DNA of 64,000 nt from an uncultured bacterium. GTDB taxonomy: Bacteria; Patescibacteriota; Minisyncoccia; Phycocordibacterales; UBA2100. The notes under the pieces were generated by a model. That model did not search any database. It was not told the origin of the DNA and worked only from the letters and a program-made list of their open reading frames with translations. Made by a program: the position numbers and the translations under genes. This document shows, piece after piece, positions 56,703-64,000 of this stretch. The stretch's first letter is position 1; every line of letters begins with the position of its first letter. The stretch spans positions 5,184 to 69,183 of the forward strand of contig CAIJXH010000007.1 in assembly GCA_903824595.1 (NCBI GenBank), given 5' to 3'.

Positions 56703-56715
56703 TCAAACAGTACGT

Positions 56716-57753
56716 ATGTCAACATTCAGCAGTGGCGCCGCGCTAGATACACGAACTGACGTACAGAAACAAAAAGATTGGCAGCAGCGGGAGGTGCTTG
56801 CTTCTGCCGCTTCGGTGCAGTGGGCGGAGAAACCGCAAAGCGCATGGCGCACGTTCCCCATTTTCAATCAGGACGGTAGCGGGAGCTGTGTGATGCAATC
56901 ACAATGCAAAGAAATGGGTATTATGCGCTATCTCACCGACGGGAGATATGTACATTTTTCCGTCGCCGATGGCTATCAGCGTCGAGCCAACAAGCCTGCT
57001 CCAGGCATGGGCTCCGACGACGCGCGCCGCATCGCCGCGTCGGGAATCACGCTCGAGCTGCTCGCGCCGTCGCAAAACATGAGCGACGCGGATCTTGATG
57101 CAGAGACCGTCGAACCGTACAAGAGGGAAGTGGGGTCTGTGTTTGCGGTGCCCAATCATCTCGCGCTTCCGATAAAAAACATAGACGCGGTCGCTTCCAC
57201 CATACAGGCGACGCGCAAGGGTGTGATGGTATGGTTCTATTTTCTCATTGACGAGTGGACCGCAGTGCCTACGGTGAAATATCCGGCGCTCGATCTCGAT
57301 GCTCCGTCAGTCGCGCGGCACAGCGTGACCGCAGTCGATTTCACCATCCAAAACGGCGAGAAGTGTCTCATTATCGAAGACAGCTGGGGCACGTCGGCGG
57401 GCATCGCTGGGCAGCGCGTCATCACCGAGCGTTTTTTCAATGCGCGCAATTGGTTTGCCGATTACCTCGTCAATTTTGCATTCAAGGGCACACCCGCCAA
57501 GCCGCAGTATTTTTTTGGCACGAGCCTCGAGCTCAACGACCAAAACGGCGACGTAAAAGCACTCCAAGACTGTCTTCGCTACGACGGAGAATTTCCGAGC
57601 AACGCTGACAGCACGGGCTTTTTTGGCTCCATTACCAAAAAAGCAGTGGGCGACTACCAGCTCAAGCATGGCGTGATTTTCTCATCCGCCGACCCTGGAT
57701 ACGGCAGGGTCGGCCCCAAAACCCGCGCTGCTCTCAATACTCAATTCGCGTAA
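56716..57753 (+). CDS. Protein with a C-terminal peptidoglycan-binding domain and an N-terminal Cys-containing putative peptidase domain
   Basis: C-terminus GDVKALQDCLRYDGEF...GFFGSITKKAVGDYQLKHGV...GRVGPKTRAALN (PG_binding_1). N-terminal domain has QDGSGSCVMQSQCKEMG. Confidence 0.5.
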   Translation: MSTFSSGAALDTRTDVQKQKDWQQREVLASAASVQWAEKPQSAWRTFPIFNQDGSGSCVMQSQCKEMGIMRYLTDGRYVHFSVADGYQRRANKPAPGMGSDDARRIAASGITLELLAPSQNMSDADLDAETVEPYKREVGSVFAVPNHLALPIKNIDAVASTIQATRKGVMVWFYFLIDEWTAVPTVKYPALDLDAPSVARHSVTAVDFTIQNGEKCLIIEDSWGTSAGIAGQRVITERFFNARNWFADYLVNFAFKGTPAKPQYFFGTSLELNDQNGDVKALQDCLRYDGEFPSNADSTGFFGSITKKAVGDYQLKHGVIFSSADPGYGRVGPKTRAALNTQFA

Positions 57754-57780
57754 TAGTCAGAAAAGGTATAAAATCGCCGT

Positions 57781-58572
57781 ATGAATCAGAATTGGTCGCT
57801 GCTCAAATCGCGCACGTTCTGGACCCTGTGTTCTACGTTTATTATCAACGGGGTCAATGCTATGGCACCATTTATTCCCGCACAATATCAAGTGGGTGTG
57901 AATGCACTTTTGGCGATGTTGACCATGTATTTCCACGTCAATCCGAGCCAACAGTACGATTCAGTGCCAACTCCTGCGCCTACTCCGTATCCAGCCCCGG
58001 CTCCGACACCAGTGCCATTTCCCACTCCTGCCCCCATTCCTACACCAACTCCAAGCCCGACTCCCGTCCCTACGCCTACCCCCGCACCCATCGCAAATTG
58101 GACTATTCCCGTGCCGTCGCAATACTTCACACTCTCGCAAACGTACCTCAACGAAGACTGGACGCTCTATCCGAAATTCGGTCATCACACAGGCGTCGAC
58201 TACGGCGGACATGGACAAAGTGACATTCCACTCTTTGCGTGCGCCGACGGCGAAATCGTGTATCGCGATGGTGCGGAATCCGCGTGGGGTGCGTCGCTTG
58301 GCAACCATTTCGCGCTGTACGTCCCCTCAACAAATCAGTCATTCCTCTATTGCCACATGAGCTCGCTTCCCCCTGCGCTCGGCGCGGTGAAGGCGGGGCA
58401 ACAGATCGGCATTATGGGCAACACGGGGAAAAGTGCGGGCGGTGCGATCCACCTGCATCTCGAAGGATTCCACGGGCGATTCCAGATCGCTTGGCGCTCA
58501 TTTACCTCGCTCGACGATATCAAATCCAAGACCTTCGACGCCGATGCATGTATCCGTGCACAATTAGGATAA
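57781..58572 (+). CDS. M23-family metallopeptidase (LytM-like) with a Pro/Thr/Ala-rich linker
   Basis: HHTGVDYG...(D)...HxH block IHLHLEGF; linker PTPAPTPYPAPAPTPVPFPTPAPIPTPTPSPTPVPTPTPAP. Confidence 0.8.
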   Translation: MNQNWSLLKSRTFWTLCSTFIINGVNAMAPFIPAQYQVGVNALLAMLTMYFHVNPSQQYDSVPTPAPTPYPAPAPTPVPFPTPAPIPTPTPSPTPVPTPTPAPIANWTIPVPSQYFTLSQTYLNEDWTLYPKFGHHTGVDYGGHGQSDIPLFACADGEIVYRDGAESAWGASLGNHFALYVPSTNQSFLYCHMSSLPPALGAVKAGQQIGIMGNTGKSAGGAIHLHLEGFHGRFQIAWRSFTSLDDIKSKTFDADACIRAQLG

Positions 58573-58602
58573 CGAAGCGCACAAAAGACAGTTTTCGTGG
58601 GG

Positions 58603-59881
58603 GTAACTCCTCACACCCCACTATCCCCACCTCGCGAATAGACGACCGTCAATACTCATGCCACCGTTGAGCGATGAGACTCACTCCGCAGACTATCCGC
58701 TCTCGCATGCAGGAGTGGCGCAACCTCAAGAAGCTTCACACGGCAAGGAACAGAGAACATCACGCACGAATGCTTCGTATCGTCGTGTGCTCCCACATCC
58801 CGACGACGTCACGAGACGTGAGCGTCATGCCATCGCGGATTGTCCACACGGACACGCACTCACCAAGAAACGAGATCGTATCTTCTTACACGCACGACAT
58901 TCCCGCGATTGTGTTGCCGGAAGTCGTCGAGCACACCATCGAAACGGGATACTGCGCGACGTGCAAGAAACGATTCAACGCCATGCCGATTCCTCCCGCG
59001 CCCGTCATGTTCGGTCCGTACATCAAACGTCTCGTCGCAACCCTCTCCGCCGTCCACCGCCTCTCGCATACGCAAATACAATCGCTCCTCTTCCTTCACT
59101 ACCATACGAGCGTGAGCGACGGAGAAATTGCCAAGATGCTCGCGGGGGAGGCGGAGAAGCTCCGACCAGAAAAAGAGCGCCTCAAGAGCGCCATTCAACT
59201 ATCGAGCATCCGGCATATCGACGAGACCAGCTGGCAGGTGTGCCTCGACGATGGGCAGGGGAAGTTCTGCTGGGTCATGTCCGACGCACTTTCCGCCAAG
59301 CGCGTGTACGAACTTGGCAATAGCAGAGGCAAGGGTAACGCGGATCGGCTTCTCGGTACGCATGAGAGCGTCACGGTCTCCGATGACTACGGCGCGTATC
59401 GAATGCTCACCAATCACCAGCTCTGTTGGGCGCACCTCGTGCGCGGCTTTCGCGACCTCGCGCAGTCAACACACCTTCCAGAGAGGATCAAGAAACACTG
59501 CCGCGATCTCTCGCAGAGATTGTCCGTCCTCTACCGCGCTATTGATGCACATCGCGATCCGTCCCGCGCAGAAGAGTTTGCCGCTTGTCTCCGCGATCTC
59601 GCGACTCCCTTTCAGGAAGAGCCGAAGAAACTCAGGACGCTCAAGACCACGTTGTTGAAAAACATTCCTCGCTATCTCACTGCGCTTTCGAATCCCCGCA
59701 TCCCGCTCACCAACAACCGCGCCGAACGCGACCTGCGTCACGTCGTCCTGAAGCGCAACGTTTCCTTCGGCTCGCGCAACGCAAAAGGTGCGGAGCACAC
59801 CGGCATCCTCCTCTCCTGTCTCATGACCAGAAAAGCCGAGGGGACGCTGGGGGAGTATTTGGCGTGGGTGTGAGGAGTTAC
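58603..59881. mobile_element. IS66-family insertion sequence, single-ORF (ISBst12-like) type, 1279 bp
   Basis: Perfect 15 bp terminal inverted repeats GTAACTCCTCACACC (58603-58617 / 59867-59881 inverted), starting with the IS66-typical GTAA. Flanked by an 8 bp direct repeat, tCGTGGGG / cCGTGGGG (7/8). The internal ORF has the IS66 TnpC signature. Confidence 0.75.
58674..59873 (+). CDS. IS66-family transposase
   Basis: An N-terminal zinc finger (CATCKKRF), DETSWQV, SDDYGAYRML, and QLCWAHLVRGFRDL, matching the DE...DxY...CWAHxRR blocks of IS66 TnpC. Confidence 0.8.
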   Translation: MRLTPQTIRSRMQEWRNLKKLHTARNREHHARMLRIVVCSHIPTTSRDVSVMPSRIVHTDTHSPRNEIVSSYTHDIPAIVLPEVVEHTIETGYCATCKKRFNAMPIPPAPVMFGPYIKRLVATLSAVHRLSHTQIQSLLFLHYHTSVSDGEIAKMLAGEAEKLRPEKERLKSAIQLSSIRHIDETSWQVCLDDGQGKFCWVMSDALSAKRVYELGNSRGKGNADRLLGTHESVTVSDDYGAYRMLTNHQLCWAHLVRGFRDLAQSTHLPERIKKHCRDLSQRLSVLYRAIDAHRDPSRAEEFAACLRDLATPFQEEPKKLRTLKTTLLKNIPRYLTALSNPRIPLTNNRAERDLRHVVLKRNVSFGSRNAKGAEHTGILLSCLMTRKAEGTLGEYLAWV

Positions 59882-59929
59882 CCGTGGGGGGATTTACAAG
59901 ATGAATACGGTGTGTTATTGTTGTCGCAC

Positions 59930-61195
59930 ATGGAAGTTTCAGGATCGGATGCACGACAAGCACCCTCATTCAATGGACTCGGCATCGCGCCAGCGATTTT
60001 GGAATTGTTGAACACGCGCAATCTCACGTCCCCGACCCCCATACAACACAAAGCAATACCCATAGGCATCGCGGGTCAAGACGTTATTGGCGTTGCACAA
60101 ACGGGTACGGGCAAGACGCTCGCCTTTGGGATACCTCTCATCCAGCGTATCGCCGCATCAAAAGGTCGTGCGCTCATTTTGCTTCCCACGCGCGAGCTAG
60201 CACTGCAGGTAGACGAAACGCTCGGACAATTCGGTGCGCGATTTGGTTTGCGTGGCGCCGTACTTATCGGCGGCGCATCAATGGGTATGCAAATTGCGGA
60301 TTTGCGTCGCAGTCCGCACGTCATTATTGCTACACCGGGTCGCCTGCTCGATCACATGCAAAACGGCACCATCCGCCTCGACGACATTTCAATACTCGTA
60401 CTCGACGAAGCCGACCGCATGCTCGACATGGGATTCTGGCCGCAGATTCGCGAGATTATCGCGGCGGTGCCCCGTGAGCGCCAGACCATGCTTTTTTCCG
60501 CCACACTCTCGCGCGAGATCACCGACTTGGCGACCAAACACATGAAGACGCCCACCTCGATCGAAGTAGCGCCGCCGGGCACAACCGCCGACAAAATCAG
60601 TCAGGAATTTTTCATCGTGCGCAAAGATCAAAAAATGCAGCTGCTCGAGAGCGTGCTTTCTAAATATCTTGGGAGCACGATCGTCTTCTCGCGCACCAAG
60701 CATGGCGCCAAACGCATTGCGCGCGCCGTGCGCGACATGGGTCATACATCGGCTGAAATCCATGCAAACCGCTCACTCGCGCAGCGTCGTGAAGCACTCG
60801 AAGGATTCAAAAGAGGGAAGTACCGCGTCTTGGTGGCGACCGATATAGCCGCTCGCGGCATCGACGTGCAGGATATTGAGCTCGTAGTGAATTATGACGT
60901 CCCATCCAAGACAGAAGATTACGTGCATCGCATCGGACGCACTGCGCGCGCAGGTAAGGATGGCCACGCGATTTCTTTTGCCATGCCCGATGAGAAGCGA
61001 GACATTCGCGACATCGAGCGCCTTATCCGCAAGCCGCTCCCTATTTCAGTGACGCCTGTCTTGCCGCCTGCACGCATCATGGCGCACGTGCCCGAATTTG
61101 ACGATCGTCCTCGTCACTTCTCACCGCGCCCGCGCAGCTTCGCTCCCCGCGGTCGCTCGTTCTCTCCTCGCAATCCGCATCGCAGTGCACGCTGA
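59930..61195 (+). CDS. DEAD-box ATP-dependent RNA helicase with an Arg/Ser-rich C-terminal tail
   Basis: Q-motif (TPIQHKAIP), motif I AQTGTGKT, DEAD (VLDEADRMLDMGF), SAT, ARGID, HRIGRTARAG. The tail is RPRHFSPRPRSFAPRGRSFSPR. Confidence 0.9.
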   Translation: MEVSGSDARQAPSFNGLGIAPAILELLNTRNLTSPTPIQHKAIPIGIAGQDVIGVAQTGTGKTLAFGIPLIQRIAASKGRALILLPTRELALQVDETLGQFGARFGLRGAVLIGGASMGMQIADLRRSPHVIIATPGRLLDHMQNGTIRLDDISILVLDEADRMLDMGFWPQIREIIAAVPRERQTMLFSATLSREITDLATKHMKTPTSIEVAPPGTTADKISQEFFIVRKDQKMQLLESVLSKYLGSTIVFSRTKHGAKRIARAVRDMGHTSAEIHANRSLAQRREALEGFKRGKYRVLVATDIAARGIDVQDIELVVNYDVPSKTEDYVHRIGRTARAGKDGHAISFAMPDEKRDIRDIERLIRKPLPISVTPVLPPARIMAHVPEFDDRPRHFSPRPRSFAPRGRSFSPRNPHRSAR

Positions 61196-61376
61196 TAAGC
61201 TGTCGGTACGTATCCCCTCACGACACGATTCTCCGAGGTCGGGATTTTTCTGCTGAAAAATCCCTCTGTCTCGCGCCGACGCGCTGCAAAGACCTCGTCG
61301 AACATGTCGTGAGGATATGCGCGTGAAGCTGTCCACAGGAGTAACGTCTCTTTCGTGTCCTCGTGCGGTACAATGA

Positions 61377-61829
61377 ATGCATATGCGCTCTCTCATCGCG
61401 GCTTGTGTTACTGGCGTGGTCTGTGGAGTACTATGCTTCGTGCCTGTCACAACCTATGCCGACGATCTTGTGGCGACCATTCGACAGGAAATTATGAAAG
61501 ACCCACGCACAGCCCAGATGTCGCCTGCACAGATTGATCAGATGGTGCACGTACTCACCGTCACTGCACAAAAAGAGGGTATAACGGCACATGATATGAC
61601 GTGGCGACCTCCTGTTGTTGCCGCGCCAAAGCTGTCGTTTGCAGAGCAGCTCACTCATTCGCCATGCTCCGTCATCCCATTTGCATGTGCCATAAATATG
61701 GCGTTCGGATTTGATGATTCATATCCACAAATACCTCTCACGCTCGCTCTATCAGCAATGGCGCTCATAGCAATCACAGGACTTATACATCATCATCACC
61801 ATACGAAACACGACACAATCACAGAGTGA
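61377..61829 (+). CDS. Hypothetical secreted/membrane protein with a His-rich C-terminus
   Basis: Signal peptide; a C-terminal TM; the tail HHHHHTKHDTITE. Confidence 0.4.
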   Translation: MHMRSLIAACVTGVVCGVLCFVPVTTYADDLVATIRQEIMKDPRTAQMSPAQIDQMVHVLTVTAQKEGITAHDMTWRPPVVAAPKLSFAEQLTHSPCSVIPFACAINMAFGFDDSYPQIPLTLALSAMALIAITGLIHHHHHTKHDTITE

Positions 61830-61896
61830 CAGTTGACCGCGAGTATGTTTGCGAGTACTATCATGAGGCAAGAGACCCGTGCGGTCTTTTCTTTTT

Positions 61897-63681
61897 ATGG
61901 AAATTAGAAACATAGCTATTATCGCCCACGTTGACCATGGGAAGACGACGCTTACCGACGCGCTATTGCGTCAGACAGGTGTTGCCGAAGAGGGGGTGTC
62001 GATGGACTCTAATGCGCTCGAACGCGAACGCGGGATCACTATTTACGCGAAAAACGCCGCCGTGTTTTATAAAGACACCAAAATCAACATTGTTGATACG
62101 CCTGGACATGCCGATTTCGGGAGCGAGGTTGAACGTGTATTGCGCTCAATTGATTCCGTGCTCCTTGTGGTAGACGCGCAAGAAGGGCCGATGCCGCAAA
62201 CACGTTTCGTCTTGAAAAAATCGCTTGAGCTTGGTTTGAAACCCATCGTCATCATCAACAAGATCGACAAGCCTGCAGCCGATCCTGCGCGCTGCGAAGA
62301 CGATGTGCTCGAGCTTTTCATGGAGCTTGGCGCTAGCGACGAACAGTGTAATTTCACTGTCGTGTATGCGATTGGTAAACAGGGCATCGCCAAAATGAAA
62401 CTCACTGACGAGTCGAAGGATCTCACGCCGCTTCTGGAAACCATTCTTGAAAAGGTCCCATCCTCCGCCGCGATGTTTACAGAGGGTAATGCCGCGCTGG
62501 CACAACCATTCAATCTGGGCTACGACAACTTTCTCGGACGTCTCGCGATCGTGCGTGTGTACGAAGGATTGCTCAAAACGGGCGACACGGTTTTCGTAAA
62601 GAAGCCAACAGGCGAAACACGCAGCGGTAAAATCACCAAAATGTTTACATTCAAAGGCCTGCAGAAAATAGAAGCAGCAGAGGTGAGCGCTGGAGATATC
62701 GCGATGATCGCAGGACTTCCCGATATATTCATAGGAGAAACCATTACGACCGACGAGAATGCAAACCCACTTCCCGCAATCGCGATCGACGAACCAACCA
62801 TTACCCTCAATTTCCTCGTCAACAATTCTCCCTTCGCAGGACGTGAGGGCAAGTTTGTCACGTCGCGCCAGATCCGCGATCGTCTCGAGCGGGAACTTGA
62901 AATCAATGTCGGACTCCGCATCAATTTCGATTCGGCGGATTCGTTCAAAGTTTCTGGTCGCGGCGAGCTGCATATTGCGATTCTTCTTGAGAATATGCGT
63001 CGCGAAGGATATGAAATGCAGGTGTCGCAGCCGCAAGTTATTGTCCGCGAAGAAGAAGGCAAAAAGCTTGAGCCGTATGAGGAAGTGATAGTTGACACGC
63101 CGCAGGAATATCAGGGCGCGATCATTGAGCGTCTCGGCACGCGCAAATTTGTCATGAAAGATTTGAAGGTTCACGAAAATCAAGTGCGCCTCATTTTTGA
63201 GGGTCCGACACGCGGACTTCTCGGCTATCGCAATCAGTTTGTGCTCGACACAAAAGGCGAGGGAATTCTTTCGTCACGCGTGCTTGGTTTTCGCGAATAT
63301 GCGGGCGAGATCAAGAAGCGCGCGGTTGGATCTATGATTTCGATGGCAAGCGGTAAAGCGCTTGGCTTTTCGCTCTGGAATCTTCAGGAGCGCGGCGTCC
63401 TCTACATTCATCCCGCGACAGAGGTGTATGAGGGACAGGTAATCGGCAATACGTCAAAGGGCGAGGAAATGACCGTCAATCCGACAAAAGGAAAGAATCT
63501 CACCAACGTCCGCGCTTCTTCTTCCGACGAAGCAATCAATCTTATTCCTCCGTATGAAATCACTATCGAGCGCGGCTTGGAAGTGATGGCGGAAGATGAA
63601 TACCTCGAAATCACACCACTTTCAGTACGCTTGCGCAAACAACAGCTTACCGAAAACGATCGAACGAAGGCGAGACGGTAG
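61897..63681 (+). CDS. typA: Translational GTPase TypA/BipA
   Basis: IRNIAIIAHVDHGKTTLTDALLRQTG, DTPGHADF, and C-terminal BipA-specific domains; 595 aa from the ATG at 61897. Confidence 0.92.
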   Translation: MEIRNIAIIAHVDHGKTTLTDALLRQTGVAEEGVSMDSNALERERGITIYAKNAAVFYKDTKINIVDTPGHADFGSEVERVLRSIDSVLLVVDAQEGPMPQTRFVLKKSLELGLKPIVIINKIDKPAADPARCEDDVLELFMELGASDEQCNFTVVYAIGKQGIAKMKLTDESKDLTPLLETILEKVPSSAAMFTEGNAALAQPFNLGYDNFLGRLAIVRVYEGLLKTGDTVFVKKPTGETRSGKITKMFTFKGLQKIEAAEVSAGDIAMIAGLPDIFIGETITTDENANPLPAIAIDEPTITLNFLVNNSPFAGREGKFVTSRQIRDRLERELEINVGLRINFDSADSFKVSGRGELHIAILLENMRREGYEMQVSQPQVIVREEEGKKLEPYEEVIVDTPQEYQGAIIERLGTRKFVMKDLKVHENQVRLIFEGPTRGLLGYRNQFVLDTKGEGILSSRVLGFREYAGEIKKRAVGSMISMASGKALGFSLWNLQERGVLYIHPATEVYEGQVIGNTSKGEEMTVNPTKGKNLTNVRASSSDEAINLIPPYEITIERGLEVMAEDEYLEITPLSVRLRKQQLTENDRTKARR

Positions 63682-63727
63682 GGGGGTTGCGATAGTGTCG
63701 TGATTTTGTTAGTATCCCGTGATCAGT

Positions 63728-64000
63728 ATGTCAGCAACCGATATAAAAACATTGTTTGAAGCCGGAATGCACTCGGGTCTTGCTCGCGCGCGCCGTCACC
63801 CAAGCGCCGCACGTTTTATCTGCACTGCGAAAGATAGGGCGGATATATTTGATTTGGAAGAAACGGAACGGCGGCTTGCGACAGCCGCGGCGTTCGCTGC
63901 AGCATGTGCAGGATCAGGCAAACAAATCGTGTTTGTGTCGGGCAAACATGAAGCGATAGAGATCGTAAAACAGGCAGCTCTTAGAGCAGGCATGCCCTAC
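63728..64000 (+). CDS. rpsB: 30S ribosomal protein S2, N-terminal part (runs off the window end)
   Basis: An open frame from the ATG at 63728 to the window end (MSATDIKTLFEAGMHSGLARARRHPSAARFI...IVFVSGKHEAIEIVKQAALRAGMPY) matches the S2 N-terminal pattern (G-x-HFGH-x-x-rrWnP...ilFVgtK...A...g.pY). It is in a different frame from the track ORF 63756..63959. Confidence 0.55.
   Translation, partial: MSATDIKTLFEAGMHSGLARARRHPSAARFICTAKDRADIFDLEETERRLATAAAFAAACAGSGKQIVFVSGKHEAIEIVKQAALRAGMPY

Noticed and set aside
57960-58090. Short tandem repeats (CCnACnCC periodicity), considered as a possible CRISPR or mini-satellite
   Set aside because: They encode the PTPAP-type Pro/Thr/Ala linker of the M23 peptidase. 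They are in-frame, protein-coding low complexity with no spacer-repeat architecture.
58658-59323. 221 aa ORF overlapping the IS66 transposase in another frame
   Set aside because: It is Arg/His/Pro-rich with no motifs, while the transposase frame carries all the IS66 signature blocks.
62146-63183. 345 aa and 192 aa reverse-strand ORFs inside typA
   Set aside because: They are antisense to a highly conserved GTPase and show no motifs.

Overview
This 64 kb window reads like part of a small, streamlined bacterial genome, probably a Candidate Phyla Radiation (Patescibacteria)-type organism. That placement is an inference from gene content only: weak ribosome-binding sites, many secreted proteins with peptidoglycan-binding domains, GH130 genes, and several short housekeeping genes. 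GC content is roughly 50%.

Housekeeping genes I can support:
- rnpB (RNase P RNA) at the left edge
- murJ, lepA and an FtsB-like gene
- ychF and leuS
- a MarR-type regulator with an emrAB-like efflux operon
- mntH (Nramp) and dnaJ
- a Prx5-type peroxiredoxin
- an ECF sigma factor and a sensor histidine kinase
- a MacAB-like ABC exporter
- obg, a DEAD-box helicase and typA
- the 5' end of rpsB

There are four tRNAs: Gly-CCC, Glu-CTC, Arg-CCT and Asn-GTT.

The accessory content is where the interest lies:
- An ~8 kb integrated element sits at the 3' end of tRNA-Asn. It carries a frameshifted large serine recombinase and a RecA-like ATPase, and is bounded by an imperfect direct repeat of the tRNA 3' end.
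- tRNA-Gly and tRNA-Glu each have a nearby partial copy of their own 3' end. Next to each copy is a GC-rich module of about 70 nt that resembles the module just inside the right end of the tRNA-Asn element. I read these as remnants of one family of tRNA-targeting elements.
- A compact IS66-family element has 15 bp terminal inverted repeats and an 8 bp target duplication. It sits 48 bp upstream of the helicase gene.
- leuS has a Nudix-like domain of about 160 aa spliced in-frame into the synthetase body.
- A bacterial SET-domain gene lies between a sensor histidine kinase and a kinase-less paralog of that kinase's membrane sensor.
- Three GH130 domains plus a cupin form a carbohydrate cluster.
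- Two C39-like peptidase proteins are present; one is a 1031 aa coiled-coil giant.

No CRISPR array, rRNA or tmRNA was seen. All calls come from reading the sequence and the ORF track by eye; no searches were run.
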